A stretch of 64,000 bases of DNA from NCBI GenBank assembly GCA_016214695.1, contig JACRNY010000005.1, positions 80,372 to 144,371 on the forward strand, written 5' to 3'. This DNA comes from Nitrosomonadales bacterium (lineage in GTDB: Bacteria > Pseudomonadota > Gammaproteobacteria > Burkholderiales > Gallionellaceae). Positions 9,760 through 20,630 of this stretch are shown one piece after another (the first letter of the stretch is position 1; every line of letters begins with the position of its first letter). Position numbers and translations under genes: made by a program. The notes beneath the pieces are model-generated. The model was given only the letters and a program-made list of their open reading frames with translations, had not been told where the DNA came from and searched no databases.

Positions 9760-10518
9760 TCACAGTCGCACCTCGATACCCTGCTGCGCCATGTACTGTT
9801 TTGCCTGCTGCACGGTGTATTCGCCGAAATGGAAGATGCTGGCCGCCAGCACCGCATCGGCACCGCCGATCTTCACGCCGTCGGCGAGGTGCTGCAGGTT
9901 GCCCACGCCGCCGCTGGCGATCACCGGGATCTCCAGCGCATCGGTCACCGCGCGCGTCAGCGCGAGGTCAAAACCTTTTTTCTGTCCGTCCTGATCCATG
10001 CTGGTCAGCAGGATCTCGCCCGCGCCCAGGGTTTGCATCTTCTGCGCCCATTCCACCGCATCCAGCCCGGTGGCTTTGCGGCCGCCGTGAGTGAATACCT
10101 CCCATTTGCCCGGCTGGACCTGCTTGGCGTCGATGGCGACCACGATGCATTGCGAACCGTAACGCGCCGAGGCGTCGGCCACCAGCTGCGGATTGACCAC
10201 GGCGGAAGTGTTGATGCTCACCTTGTCCGCGCCCGCATTGAGCAGGTTGCGCACATCGCCGACTTCGCGCACGCCGCCACCCACGGTCAGCGGGATGAAC
10301 ACCTGCTCGGCCACTTTTTCGATGATGCGGAAGATGATGCCCCTGTCGTCGGAGCTGGCGGTGATATCGAGGAAGGTAAGTTCATCCGCACCCTGGTCGT
10401 CATAGCGTCTGGCGATCTCCACAGGATCGCCCGCGTCGCGCAGCTCGACGAAGCTGACGCCCTTGACCACCCGGCCGGCGGTCACATCGAGACAGGGGAT
10501 GATGCGCTTGGCCAGCAT
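9760..10518 (-). CDS. hisF: Imidazole glycerol phosphate synthase, cyclase subunit
   Basis: [12 protein letters not shown] and [13 protein letters not shown] motifs; true start 10518. Confidence 0.96.
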   Translation of the reverse strand: MLAKRIIPCLDVTAGRVVKGVSFVELRDAGDPVEIARRYDDQGADELTFLDITASSDDRGIIFRIIEKVAEQVFIPLTVGGGVREVGDVRNLLNAGADKVSINTSAVVNPQLVADASARYGSQCIVVAIDAKQVQPGKWEVFTHGGRKATGLDAVEWAQKMQTLGAGEILLTSMDQDGQKKGFDLALTRAVTDALEIPVIASGGVGNLQHLADGVKIGGADAVLAASIFHFGEYTVQQAKQYMAQQGIEVRL

Positions 10519-11279
10519 CAGATCACTTGGGGCGACAGTTCGTCCGCCAACGCCTGTGCCGCCCTGAAATCCAGCGTGCCTTCGTAGATCGCGCGGCCGG
10601 TGATGGCGCCGGTGATGCCCTCGTTGTGGACCGCGCACAATTTGCGCACGTCGTCGAGGTTGGTGATGCCGCCGCTGGCGATGACCGGCACATGCAAGGG
10701 CCGCGCCAGCTCCACGGTGGCTTCGATGTTCACGCCGGTCATCATGCCGTCGCGGCCGATGTCGGTATAGATGATCGCTTCCACGCCGTAACCCTCGAAA
10801 CGCTGCGCCAGATCGGCGACGTCGTGCCCGGTGAGCTTGGACCAGCCGTCCACCGCCACCTTGCCGCCCTTGGCGTCGAGGCCGACCATGATGTGGCCGG
10901 GGAAGGCGTCACAAGCCTCGTGCAGAAAGCCGGGCACTTTCACCGCAGCAGTACCGATGATGACGTAGCTGATGCCCAGATCGAGATAGCGCTCGATGGT
11001 CTCGAGGTCGCGAATACCGCCGCCCAGTTGCACCGGGATGTCGCTGCCGACAGCCTCGATGATGCTCTTCACGGCGGCTTCGTTCTTGGGCTTGCCGGCG
11101 AAAGCGCCGTTGAGGTCGACCAGATGCAGGCGGCGTGCACCCTGTGCCAGCCAGTGCTTCGCCATTGCGGCCGGATCGTCGGAGAACACGGTCGCGCCCT
11201 CCATCACACCCTGGCGCAGGCGCACGCATTGGCCGTCCTTCAGGTCGATTGCGGGAATGATCAGTGTTTTAGTATCCAT
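10518..11279 (-). CDS. hisA: ProFAR isomerase
   Basis: [23 protein letters not shown] and QLGGGIR motifs. Confidence 0.96.
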   Translation of the reverse strand: MDTKTLIIPAIDLKDGQCVRLRQGVMEGATVFSDDPAAMAKHWLAQGARRLHLVDLNGAFAGKPKNEAAVKSIIEAVGSDIPVQLGGGIRDLETIERYLDLGISYVIIGTAAVKVPGFLHEACDAFPGHIMVGLDAKGGKVAVDGWSKLTGHDVADLAQRFEGYGVEAIIYTDIGRDGMMTGVNIEATVELARPLHVPVIASGGITNLDDVRKLCAVHNEGITGAITGRAIYEGTLDFRAAQALADELSPQVI

Positions 11280-11302
11280 GATTTGTATGATGAATATGAA
11301 GA

Positions 11303-11941
11303 CTACAGTGGATTCCAGTTGACGAAATTCTGCAGCAGTTGCAAACCGGCTGCCGCACTCTTCTCCGGGTGGAACTGAACGGCGAACAAGTTATCACGCG
11401 CCACCGCGCAGACAAAGGGCTGCGGATAGTCACTGGTGGCCTGCACCAGCCCCGCATCGCGCGGTTGTACATGGTAGCTGTGCACGAAATAGAAGCGCGC
11501 GTCCTGGGCGATACCTGCCCAGAGAGGGTGGTCGCCATGATGCACCCGGTTCCAGCCCATGTGCGGCACCTTCAGCTTGTTGCCTTGCGCATCGAGCAGT
11601 CCGGAGGCGAAGCGTTTGACCGGCCCCTGGAACAGGCCGAGGCATGGCGTGTCGCCTTCCTCGCTGTGCTCGAACAGCACTTGCAGTCCCATGCAGATAC
11701 CCAGGAAGGGTTTGCCTTCGCGGACCACCCCCGCGATCACCCGGTCGAGGTGGCGGGCACGGATCTCGCGCATGCAGTCGGGGGCTGCCCCCTGGCCGGG
11801 GAATACTACTCTTGCGGCGGAGGCGATCACGTCGGGCTCGCCCGTCACGATGATGTTTGCACCCGGCGCGACCTTGCGCACGGCCTGCTGCACCGAGCGC
11901 AAATTGCCCATACCGTAATCGACGACTGCTATATCAACCAT
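11303..11941 (-). CDS. hisH: IGP synthase glutamine amidotransferase subunit
   Basis: [16 protein letters not shown] and QFHPEKS motifs. Confidence 0.96.
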   Translation of the reverse strand: MVDIAVVDYGMGNLRSVQQAVRKVAPGANIIVTGEPDVIASAARVVFPGQGAAPDCMREIRARHLDRVIAGVVREGKPFLGICMGLQVLFEHSEEGDTPCLGLFQGPVKRFASGLLDAQGNKLKVPHMGWNRVHHGDHPLWAGIAQDARFYFVHSYHVQPRDAGLVQATSDYPQPFVCAVARDNLFAVQFHPEKSAAAGLQLLQNFVNWNPL

Positions 11942-11950
11942 GATGAGACG

Positions 11951-12538
11951 TTATAACGTTCCCTTGGTGGAAGGCATGACGCCCGCCATGCGCGGGTCGA
12001 GTTCCAGCGCCACGCGCAGCGCGCGCCCGAATGCCTTGAAGATGGTCTCGGCCTGGTGGTGGGCATTGTCGCCCGCCAGATTGTCGATGTGCAGCGTCAC
12101 CAGGGCATGGTTGACGAAGCCCTGGAAGAATTCGCGGATCAGATCGACCTCGAACTCGCCGACGTTGGCGCGCACGAACTCGGCGTTGAACACCAGACCG
12201 GGACGGCCGGAGATGTCCAGCACCACGCGCGACAAGGCTTCGTCCAGCGGCACGTAGGCGTGGCCGTAACGGCGCAGCCCCTTCTTGTCGCCGACCGCCT
12301 TGGTGAAGGCCTGACCCAGCGTGATGCCGATGTCTTCCACTGTGTGGTGTGCGTCGATGTGCAGGTCGCCCTTGGCGGCGATATCGAGATCGATCAGGCC
12401 GTGGCGCGCGATCTGGTCCAGCATGTGTTCGAGGAAGGGCAGGCCGGTATCCAGCTTGACCTTGCCCGTGCCGTCCAGATTTAGCTCGACGCTGATCTGG
12501 GTCTCCAGGGTGTTGCGACTGACTTTTGCGCTGCGCAT
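11951..12538 (-). CDS. hisB: Imidazoleglycerol-phosphate dehydratase
   Basis: DAHHTVED and NAHHQAE metal-binding motifs. Confidence 0.96.
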   Translation of the reverse strand: MRSAKVSRNTLETQISVELNLDGTGKVKLDTGLPFLEHMLDQIARHGLIDLDIAAKGDLHIDAHHTVEDIGITLGQAFTKAVGDKKGLRRYGHAYVPLDEALSRVVLDISGRPGLVFNAEFVRANVGEFEVDLIREFFQGFVNHALVTLHIDNLAGDNAHHQAETIFKAFGRALRVALELDPRMAGVMPSTKGTL

Positions 12539-12546
12539 GGTTCGCC

Positions 12547-13641
12547 TTATGCGAGTTGGTTAATGGTGTCCTGCAATGCCGCGATGAACCGCGCGTCCTC
12601 TTCCGGCGATCCCACCGTGACGCGCAGACAATCGGCCAAGGCCGGATGACCGCCGCTGAGGCTCTTGATCAGCACGCCGCGCTGCTTCAGGCCTTCGAAT
12701 ATCTGTGTGGCTTTTGCCACGCGGAACAGGATGAAGTTGGCTTCGCTGGAGTAAGTCCTGATCCCGACGATGGCGTTCAATGCCGCCAGCAATCTGGCCC
12801 GTTCCTGCTTGATGCGTTCCGCCTGGGCCAGCAACACATCATGATGCTGCAACAACCTGGCTGCGACCAACTGCGGGAGAACGCCCACATTATACGGCAA
12901 GCGCAGTTTTTCCAACTGACTCAGCCAGGCCGCCGGGCCGGCCAGGAATCCCAACCGCAACCCCGCCATGCCCAGCTTGGAGAAGGTGCGCATGACCAGC
13001 AGGTTGTCGTATTTCGCCAGGTGCGGGATGAAGCTGTCGCGGGCGAAGGCATAGTAAGCCTCATCCACCACCACCAGGCCGGGAGCCGCCGCGATGATGC
13101 GCTTGATGGCCGCGGCATCGAACAGATTACCCGTGGGGTTGTTGGGATAGGCCAGGAACACCAGTGCCGGCTGTTCGCGCCGGATAGCATCCAGCATGGC
13201 TTTCGGATCAAGCGAGAAATCCTCGTCCAGCGGCACACCGACATATCTCATGCCCACGAAGGAGGCGATCATCCGGTACATGACGAAGGACGGCTCGACG
13301 CTCAGCAGCACCGCGCCCGGCTTGGCGACGGCCAGCGCCAGCAACTGGATGATCTCGTCGGAACCGTTGCCCAGCAGGACATCCATGCCGGGCGGCAGCT
13401 TGCTCACCCTGCGGATATCTTCCTTGAGCTGCTGCGCCCCGGCATCGGGATAGCGGTTGATGGCCGCATCCGCGACCAGTCGCGCGATCTCGTCGCGCAG
13501 ATCCTGCGGCAGCAGGTAGGGATTTTCCATCGCATCCAGCTTGACCATTCCCGCAGCAGGGGGAACGTGGTATGCATGAAGCGCCAACACCTCGGGCCGA
13601 AGCAGATTTTCTGGGGTTACGGGGGAGCTGGCGGAAGACAT
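12547..13641 (-). CDS. hisC: Histidinol-phosphate aminotransferase
   Basis: [26 protein letters not shown] and RTFSK motifs. Confidence 0.95.
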   Translation of the reverse strand: MSSASSPVTPENLLRPEVLALHAYHVPPAAGMVKLDAMENPYLLPQDLRDEIARLVADAAINRYPDAGAQQLKEDIRRVSKLPPGMDVLLGNGSDEIIQLLALAVAKPGAVLLSVEPSFVMYRMIASFVGMRYVGVPLDEDFSLDPKAMLDAIRREQPALVFLAYPNNPTGNLFDAAAIKRIIAAAPGLVVVDEAYYAFARDSFIPHLAKYDNLLVMRTFSKLGMAGLRLGFLAGPAAWLSQLEKLRLPYNVGVLPQLVAARLLQHHDVLLAQAERIKQERARLLAALNAIVGIRTYSSEANFILFRVAKATQIFEGLKQRGVLIKSLSGGHPALADCLRVTVGSPEEDARFIAALQDTINQLA

Positions 13642-13660
13642 GATGGGGCGTGTTTGATAT

Positions 13661-15013
13661 TTGCCGGCATTCTACCGTAATCATATTCCGCGCCAAACGA
13701 ATTCTTGGGGAACGCGCAGCCCCGCTCGAACCCCGCCGCAACCGGCGCAAAGCAATTGCCCAAACCCTGCCGCGTGTAGTAACCTCGTTCGCGCAAGATC
13801 AGGATGCCGACCCGATAACCCACCGTTGGCACAACAGATCCGGCACTCCGTACAGCCAACCATCACAGAGAATAGACCCGTACAGATCGTGCCTGAAATC
13901 TCACAAAGACCGTTGCGGCTGGATAACTTCATCGCCAATCTGCCATGCATGGCATTTCAGCTGGTGTTGAATGACGATGGCACATTCTTCTTTTCCTATA
14001 TCGGCGATGGCAGCCAGGAATTGCTTGGCTTGAACCCCGCGCAGCTTCAGTCCGATATCGACTCCTTCCTGGCCCTCATTCCTGAGGAAGACTGCAGCAA
14101 TTTCCGCAGCAGCATGGCTCGCTCTGCGCAGAACCTGAGTTTCTGGAGCTGGGAAGGACGCGTCACGCTCGCCAATGGGGAATTGAAATGGCTGGCCCTC
14201 GGCTCCGCCCCGCAAGCCAGGCAAGACGGCTCCGTCGAATGGGAGGGGCTGATCGTCAACGTCACCAAGACCAAACTGGACGAACTCGAACTCATCCGCT
14301 CGCAGGAACAATTGCGCGAATTCTCTTCCCACATCCAGGATGCCAAGGAGCAGGAGCGCCTGCGCATCGCGCGCGAGGTCCACGACGAGATCGGCGGACT
14401 GCTGACCGCCATCAAGATGGACCTGGCCTGGATCAAGGAACGCCTGCCCAGGACAAAGAAGATGCTGACCGACAAGACCGTCACCATCGAGAATCTGGTG
14501 GACAAAGCCATCACTGCCGCCCGCAACCTCGCCCACAGCTTGCGCCCGGGCTACCTCGACAGCTTCGGCATCGTCGCCGCCATCGAAATGGAGGCGCACG
14601 AGTTCGCGCAGCGTACCGGCATCGATGTCCGGCTCACCCACAACGAAGAAGAGATGGAGATGGAACTCCATCCCGACGTTTCCATCGCCTTGTTCCGCAT
14701 CTTTCAGGAAACGCTGACCAACATCATGAAGCACGCGCAGGCCACGGAAGTGACAGTGCTGATCCTGAACAGCCCGGCGCACATCGAACTGACCATACGC
14801 GACAACGGCCGCGGCTTCAGCCAGGAGGCCCGCTCGAAGCCGCGTTCGTTCGGACTGCGCGGCATCCAGGAACGGGTCGCCCATTTCGGCGGCGAAGTCA
14901 GCTTCGTCAGCGCTCCCGGGCAGGGAACCACGGTCTCCGTAAAGGTCCCCCACCTTTCCGGGGACGCACCCGGTGGTGCTACACTTGGCAAATCACAACA
15001 GTCCCTGTTCTAA
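13661..15013 (+). CDS. PAS-domain sensor histidine kinase (HisKA_3 + HATPase); the true start is probably downstream of 13661
   Basis: [16 protein letters not shown]-box, [12 protein letters not shown]-box, DNGRGF and GLRGIQER boxes; PAS-like segment upstream. Confidence 0.85.
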   Translation: MPAFYRNHIPRQTNSWGTRSPARTPPQPAQSNCPNPAACSNLVRARSGCRPDNPPLAQQIRHSVQPTITENRPVQIVPEISQRPLRLDNFIANLPCMAFQLVLNDDGTFFFSYIGDGSQELLGLNPAQLQSDIDSFLALIPEEDCSNFRSSMARSAQNLSFWSWEGRVTLANGELKWLALGSAPQARQDGSVEWEGLIVNVTKTKLDELELIRSQEQLREFSSHIQDAKEQERLRIAREVHDEIGGLLTAIKMDLAWIKERLPRTKKMLTDKTVTIENLVDKAITAARNLAHSLRPGYLDSFGIVAAIEMEAHEFAQRTGIDVRLTHNEEEMEMELHPDVSIALFRIFQETLTNIMKHAQATEVTVLILNSPAHIELTIRDNGRGFSQEARSKPRSFGLRGIQERVAHFGGEVSFVSAPGQGTTVSVKVPHLSGDAPGGATLGKSQQSLF

Positions 15014-15044
15014 AGGACATGCGCAAGCGCAACGGAGCGACACG

Positions 15045-15677
15045 ATGATCAAGATACTGATAGCAGACGATCACGCGCTTATCCGCAAAGGACTCAAACA
15101 GATCCTCGACGATTCCTCGGACATGCGCGTCACGGGGGAAGCCGAAAGCGGGATGCAGGCCATACAGATGTCGCAGCAGAACGATTACGACATGGTCCTG
15201 CTCGATATCAGCCTGCCCGACAAGAACGGGATAGACGTCCTCAAGCAGATCAAGGCCGTCAAACCCGACATGCCTGTGCTGATGCTCAGCATGCATCCCG
15301 AGGAGCAATATGCCGTACGCTCGATGAAGGCTGGCGCCGCCGGTTACCTGAACAAGCAAAGCGCCCCTGCACAACTGCTGACGGCCATACGCCAGGTAGG
15401 CGTCGGCAGGAAATACATCAGCAGCGAACTCGCCGAACAGCTCGCCGACGGCCTGTCGGAGGGGTACCAGGAGTTGCTGCACCAGACACTCTCCAATCGC
15501 GAATATCAGACCTTGTGCCTGATGGCCTCGGGCAAGAAACTCAGCGAGATGGCGGAGATCATGTCGCTCAGCCCGAAGACCGTCAGCGTGTACCGCTCGC
15601 GACTGCTGGAAAAGATGAAGCTCAAGAACAACGCCGAGGCGATCCACTACGCCATCAGCAACCACCTGATCGAGTGA
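15045..15677 (+). CDS. NarL/FixJ family response regulator (REC + LuxR HTH)
   Basis: IKILIADDH, LLDISLP and LSNREYQ...LSPKTVSVYRSR motifs; adjacent to the kinase. Confidence 0.92.
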   Translation: MIKILIADDHALIRKGLKQILDDSSDMRVTGEAESGMQAIQMSQQNDYDMVLLDISLPDKNGIDVLKQIKAVKPDMPVLMLSMHPEEQYAVRSMKAGAAGYLNKQSAPAQLLTAIRQVGVGRKYISSELAEQLADGLSEGYQELLHQTLSNREYQTLCLMASGKKLSEMAEIMSLSPKTVSVYRSRLLEKMKLKNNAEAIHYAISNHLIE

Positions 15678-15685
15678 TCACCAAT

Positions 15686-15744
15686 AATTGGGGCGATAAA
15701 CTGCCGCTATTCGCCGCTTCATCACCGAGCCGTTACCGGATAAT
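15686..15744 (+). promoter_or_regulatory. Candidate FlhDC-type class II promoter of the diguanylate cyclase gene
   Basis: ccgctattcgcc starts 35 nt before GATAAT (15739), the same spacing as upstream of fliF. Confidence 0.45.
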
Positions 15745-15777
15745 GCACAGCATGGACTCTCCCTGTAACATCCGCAT

Positions 15778-17427
15778 ATGAGCACCCCCAAGAACCCGTC
15801 GGACATCGCCCGCGAAACACTGATCGCCCTCGCCTCGCGCAAACTTGCGCCGACGCCGGAGAACTATGCGCGGATGTATCGCGAGATCGGCGGTGAACCC
15901 GCGGCAGAAGACATCGGCGCGACGACCAGCAAGGGCAAGCTCGTGCCGGCCTGGTCGGAACTGATCCGCGACCTGCTGCGCCAGCTGGAGACGCCGCACA
16001 AGGGCATCACCGTCACGCGCAAGAAAGAAGGCGTCGAGACGGTGCTGAGCCGCTTCGCCAACGATCCGGAAGTGCTGTTCGGCAAACTGCAGGGGCTGAT
16101 GCGCTCCTGGTCCAGTGCACCGACCGCCCCCAATCCGGACGAACTGCTTCCCGCGGTCGCTGCACCCGCGCAGACGCATGCCGCCGGCACCAAGGTCGCA
16201 GCGGCCGGCACGGCGCTGCCTTCCGCCGACAATCAGGAAATGTTGCAACAATTGCGCGAGTTGCTGGCGCAGACGCTGGAGAACACCCTCGCCAGCCAGC
16301 CCGAACTGGCCAGCGACATACAAGGCCTGCTGGTGCAGGTCCGCGCCACCGACAACAGCGATCGCCTGAACGACCTTGCCAAACAATTGCGCCAGTTCTG
16401 GCTCAAGCTCGAGCTGCGCGGCGGCGACAAGGCCAAGATACAGGAAGGACTGGTGCGCCTGCTGCGACTGCTGGTCGAGAACGTCAGCGAGATGGTGGAA
16501 GACGACAAATGGCTGCACGGCCAGATCGCCGCTCTGCAGGAGATCGTCGCCAAGCCGCTGGACCGGCGCGCCATCGCCGACGCCGAGCGCAGCCTGCGCG
16601 ATGCCGTCATCAAACAGGGCACGCTCAAGCAGAGCCTGACCGATGCCAAGGCCACGCTGAAGAGCCTGATGACCACCTTCATCGACCGCCTCGGCGAACT
16701 GACCGAAAGCACCGGCGAATACCACAACAAGATCGAGAACTACAGCCAGAAGATCGGCAAGGCCGACAACCTCGCCGAACTGGGTCATATCCTCAAGGAT
16801 GTGATGCACGACACCCGCATCATCCAGGCCAGCGCCATGCGTTCGCATGAGGAGTTGCTCAACCACAAAAAGCAGGCCGATGAAGCGGAGGCACGCATCA
16901 GGGAACTGGAGCACGAACTGGAAGAGGTCAGCGAACTGGTGCGCGAGGACCAGCTCACGGGAGCGCTCAACCGGCGCGGACTGGACGAAGCCATCGACAA
17001 GGAATTGAAACGTTCCGACCGCAGCAAGACGCCGGTCAGCATCGCCCTGCTCGATATCGACAACTTCAAACGCCTGAACGACACCCTCGGCCACCAGGCC
17101 GGCGACCTCGCCCTGAAGCATCTGACAAGAGTCATTAAAGAAACGCTGCGCCCTGCCGATACAGTGGGACGCTATGGCGGCGAGGAATTCCTCATCGTGC
17201 TGCCGGATACCGATCTGCAGGCCGGGATCGAAGCGATACAGCGCCTGCAGCGCGACCTGACCAAGAAGTTCTTCCTGCACAACAACGAGCGGGTCCTGGT
17301 CACCTTCAGCGCCGGCGTGGCCCTGCGCGGCAGCGAGGAAGATGCGGAAGACCTCATCGGTCGCGCGGACAAGGCCATGTACAAGGCCAAACAGACCGGC
17401 AAGAACAGGGTGGTGGCAGCAGAATGA
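15778..17427 (+). CDS. Diguanylate cyclase (helical/coiled-coil N-terminus + GGDEF domain)
   Basis: DQLTGALNRR, DIDNFKRLND, RPAD I-site and GGEEF active site. Confidence 0.92.
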   Translation: MSTPKNPSDIARETLIALASRKLAPTPENYARMYREIGGEPAAEDIGATTSKGKLVPAWSELIRDLLRQLETPHKGITVTRKKEGVETVLSRFANDPEVLFGKLQGLMRSWSSAPTAPNPDELLPAVAAPAQTHAAGTKVAAAGTALPSADNQEMLQQLRELLAQTLENTLASQPELASDIQGLLVQVRATDNSDRLNDLAKQLRQFWLKLELRGGDKAKIQEGLVRLLRLLVENVSEMVEDDKWLHGQIAALQEIVAKPLDRRAIADAERSLRDAVIKQGTLKQSLTDAKATLKSLMTTFIDRLGELTESTGEYHNKIENYSQKIGKADNLAELGHILKDVMHDTRIIQASAMRSHEELLNHKKQADEAEARIRELEHELEEVSELVREDQLTGALNRRGLDEAIDKELKRSDRSKTPVSIALLDIDNFKRLNDTLGHQAGDLALKHLTRVIKETLRPADTVGRYGGEEFLIVLPDTDLQAGIEAIQRLQRDLTKKFFLHNNERVLVTFSAGVALRGSEEDAEDLIGRADKAMYKAKQTGKNRVVAAE

Positions 17428-17460
17428 CAGGCCCCATCCATCTATCGCAACATTTCACCC

Positions 17461-17487
17461 TAAAGTTTTTCCGTAACTCTCCGATAA
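17461..17487 (+). promoter_or_regulatory. Sigma-28 (FliA) promoter of fliC
   Basis: TAAAGTTT-N11-TCCGATAA, near-consensus. Confidence 0.85.
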
Positions 17488-17580
17488 CTGGTTCAACGGC
17501 GGTTGCAAAGCTTCACAAAACGGCAGCCAATGTAAGCGATCGAAAAATCGCGTATGTGAACGAAGTTAAGGAGAACTAAA

Positions 17581-18297
17581 ATGGCACAAGTCATCAACAC
17601 AAACGTCTCGGCCCTGTTCGGTTCCGCAGCCCTGAATAAATCCAACCTGGCCCTGCAAACTGCCATGGCGCGCCTGTCTTCCGGCGTGCGCATCAACAGC
17701 GCGAAGGACGATGCCACCGGTATGGTGACTGCATCCGGTTACGAAAGCACGATGCGCGGCGCGCAGCAAGCAGCCCGCAACGCCAACGACGGTATTTCGA
17801 CCGCTCAGATCAACGACGGTTATCACCAGCAGGTTTATGAGAACCTGCAGCGCCTGCGCGAGATCGCGGTGCAGTTGGGTGGTACGGCCTCAGGTGCGGA
17901 AACAACAGCACTGGTCGCAGAGAACACCCGCATCTTGGGCTTGGCGACCGCGACCGGCGCTGTGGTGGTTGACTCCAGCGGCGGCACCGTGACTGGTGTT
18001 GGTGCTGTAGCCACGCTGGCAGGCACACTGACCATCGCGGGTATCGAAGCTGACATCACCGCAGTCACCAGTGCTCGTGCGACTTACGGTGCCGACATGG
18101 CAACCTTCCAGTCTGCCATTAACAACCTGTCGACTCAGGCAACCAATACCGCAGCGGCTTATAGCCGAGTGATGGATACCGACTATGCGGTAGAAACCAC
18201 CGCCATGACCCGCAACATGATTCTGCAACAAGCTGGTACGGCCATGTTGGCGCAGGCGAACCAAGTCCCGAACAACGTTCTGTCCCTGTTGCGTTAA
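17581..18297 (+). CDS. fliC: Flagellin (very short, 238 aa)
   Basis: MAQVINTN..RLSSGVRINSAKDDA N-terminus and DTDYA..ILQQAGTAMLAQANQVP..VLSLLR C-terminus. Confidence 0.95.
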   Translation: MAQVINTNVSALFGSAALNKSNLALQTAMARLSSGVRINSAKDDATGMVTASGYESTMRGAQQAARNANDGISTAQINDGYHQQVYENLQRLREIAVQLGGTASGAETTALVAENTRILGLATATGAVVVDSSGGTVTGVGAVATLAGTLTIAGIEADITAVTSARATYGADMATFQSAINNLSTQATNTAAAYSRVMDTDYAVETTAMTRNMILQQAGTAMLAQANQVPNNVLSLLR

Positions 18298-18311
18298 CTG
18301 AAGAGTAGGCC

Positions 18312-18340
18312 CCCCCCGGCCGCTAAACGACCGGGGGTTG
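18312..18340 (+). terminator. GC-rich stem-loop after fliC
   Basis: cccccggccg/cgaccggggg imperfect stem with a weak U tract. Confidence 0.45.
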
Positions 18341-18359
18341 TTGAATAAGGAGAGGCAAA

Positions 18360-18725
18360 ATGCTCATCCAGAACACTAGCAGCATGACGCAGGCTCCAGC
18401 GCCTGTCGGGCTCGCCAGCAATGGCGGGCCTGCCAGCGCTCAGGTCCATGAACCGCGAGTCGAAGTCAAACAAGAAGTTGCACAACAGCCTACGCCAGCC
18501 CAACTGCAAAGCGAAGTCGGCAAGATCAACTCCGCCCTGCAGCGCGGCAACAAGAATCTCGAATTGAGCATCAGCGTGGATGAGATCACCAAGAAGCAGG
18601 TGATCCGACTGACGGACAAGGATACTGGAGACATGCTCATGCAATATCCATCCGAAGCCGTGCTGGCGATCGCACGCAGCATCGACGAGTTCCAGCAAGG
18701 CATGTTGTTGAAACAACAAGCGTAA
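18360..18725 (+). CDS. flaG: FlaG family protein
   Basis: Located between fliC and fliD; LTDKDTGDMLMQYPSEAVL motif. Confidence 0.85.
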   Translation: MLIQNTSSMTQAPAPVGLASNGGPASAQVHEPRVEVKQEVAQQPTPAQLQSEVGKINSALQRGNKNLELSISVDEITKKQVIRLTDKDTGDMLMQYPSEAVLAIARSIDEFQQGMLLKQQA

Positions 18726-18740
18726 TCCGGGAGAAGGATC

Positions 18741-20144
18741 ATGGCAGTCACCTCGGCAACCTCAGGCGCAAGCGTAGACGTTGATTCCATCGTCAAGGGC
18801 CTGATGTCCCTTGAGCGTATCCCGCTGGATAAGCTCAACAGCAAGGAGACCAGCTATCAGGCCAAACTCACCGCCCTGGGCACCCTCAAGGGCAAGGTGG
18901 CTGCGTTGCAAACCGCCGCCCAGGCGCTGAACAGCTCCAGTTCGAGCACCTTGGCGGCTTTCAAGGCGACCTCCTCCGACACCAGCGTCCTTTCCGCCTC
19001 GGCCAGCAGCACGGCCGTCGCGGGTACTTATTCCCTGGCCGTGACCAGCTTGGCACAATCGCAAAAGCTGGTCGCTGCCGGACAAGTCAGCAGCACGGCG
19101 GCCATCGGCGATGGCACCTCCACCGTGGTCACCTTCGACTTCGGCACCATCAGCGGCGGCACATTGACCAACGGGGTCTATACCGGCGCGACTTTCAACT
19201 CTGGCGGGACCACCGCCAATATCACGATCAACTCAGGCAACAACACGCTGCAAGGCATCCGCGATGCGATCAATACGGCCAATATCGGCGTGACAGCGAC
19301 CATCGTCAACGATGGCAGCGGCACCCCCTATCGCTTGGCCCTGTCCTCGAACAACAGCGGCGTGAGCAACAGCATCAAGATCAGCACCGATGGCGCCAAT
19401 GCGGCGATCACCGGCCTGCTGGCCCACGACCCCGCCGGCACGCAGAATCTGGCCGAGACGGTGACGGCCAAGAATGCCGTATTCAGCGTGAACGGCATCG
19501 GCATCACCAAGACCAGCAACACGGTGACGGATGCCATCGAAGGGGTCACACTCACACTGAGCAAGGAATCGGCGACCGCCAACCTGACAGTGGAGCGCGA
19601 TACCACCGCCGTCAGTACCGCAGTCGCCAGTTTCGTCACCGCGTACAACGAGCTGTATACTGCGATGAAGAACTCGTTCGCCTACAAGTCCGGATCGGCT
19701 CTGGCGGGCGATACCACTTTGCGCTCGCTGCAATCGCAAATGCGCGAGATCGCCGCCACGGCGGCCAGCGGCGGCACCATGAGCAACCTGTTCGAGGTAG
19801 GCGTGAGTTCCAAAGCCGACGGCACACTGCAGCTGGACAGCGGAAAACTGAGCACGGCGATGTCGACCAGCTTCAGCGACGTTGCCAAGCTGTTCAATTC
19901 CACGACCGGCTTCGCGACCCGCTTCGACACCTGGTCCACCTCCGCGCTGGCCTTTGACGGCGCCTTTGCGAACCGCACCAACAGTATCAACCAGTCCATC
20001 AAGGCCATCGCCACACAGCGCACAGCCATGGAAGCCAGACTGGACAGTATCGAAAAACGCTACCGCACCATGTACAGCTCACTCAACGTCACACTGGCCA
20101 GCATGAACCAGACCAGCGCTTACCTGACCCAGCAACTCAAATAG
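18741..20144 (+). CDS. fliD: Flagellar filament cap
   Basis: VDVDSIVKGLMSLERIP, VTSLAQSQK and GVTLTL motifs; C-terminal RYRTMYSSLN. Confidence 0.92.
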   Translation: MAVTSATSGASVDVDSIVKGLMSLERIPLDKLNSKETSYQAKLTALGTLKGKVAALQTAAQALNSSSSSTLAAFKATSSDTSVLSASASSTAVAGTYSLAVTSLAQSQKLVAAGQVSSTAAIGDGTSTVVTFDFGTISGGTLTNGVYTGATFNSGGTTANITINSGNNTLQGIRDAINTANIGVTATIVNDGSGTPYRLALSSNNSGVSNSIKISTDGANAAITGLLAHDPAGTQNLAETVTAKNAVFSVNGIGITKTSNTVTDAIEGVTLTLSKESATANLTVERDTTAVSTAVASFVTAYNELYTAMKNSFAYKSGSALAGDTTLRSLQSQMREIAATAASGGTMSNLFEVGVSSKADGTLQLDSGKLSTAMSTSFSDVAKLFNSTTGFATRFDTWSTSALAFDGAFANRTNSINQSIKAIATQRTAMEARLDSIEKRYRTMYSSLNVTLASMNQTSAYLTQQLK

Positions 20145-20165
20145 GATTAACGAGGGGACACGACC

Positions 20166-20627
20166 ATGAACGCCAATACAGCAACCAAAGCCTATGCAGC
20201 CGTCGAGATCGAATCCGGCGTACACGCCGCGGATCCGCACAAGCTGATCGCCATGTTGTTCCAGGGTGCCCTGCTGGCGATCGCCAATGCCAGGAACAGC
20301 ATCCTGCGCAAGGATATTTCCGCCAAAGGCGCTGCGGTATCCAAAGCCATTATGATCATCGGCGACGGCCTCCAGGCCAGTCTGGACAAGAACGTGGGCG
20401 GCGAACTGGCTCAGAATCTGGATGCGTTGTACGGCTTTATGTGTACACGCCTGCTCAAGGCCAATCTGGAGAACGATATAGAATCGCTCGACGAAGTGGC
20501 TCGTCTGCTGGGCGAACTGAAGGGCGCCTGGGACAGCATCCGACCGACCGTCATGGCGCAGGAGTCAACCCCCATGCAGCCTCCGATGAGCAACAAGCAG
20601 CCCGCACTGGTTTATGGAAGGATGTAA
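20166..20627 (+). CDS. fliS: Flagellin chaperone
   Basis: ADPHKLIAMLFQGA and NLDALYGFM motifs. Confidence 0.93.
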   Translation: MNANTATKAYAAVEIESGVHAADPHKLIAMLFQGALLAIANARNSILRKDISAKGAAVSKAIMIIGDGLQASLDKNVGGELAQNLDALYGFMCTRLLKANLENDIESLDEVARLLGELKGAWDSIRPTVMAQESTPMQPPMSNKQPALVYGRM

Positions 20628-20630
20628 GCA

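Noticed and set aside
17490-17580. Possible c-di-GMP riboswitch in the fliC leader (gcaaagc...ggcagc)
   Set aside because: It lacks the GNRA-tetraloop P2 stem and receptor architecture; only a short gcgat/atcgc hairpin is present.
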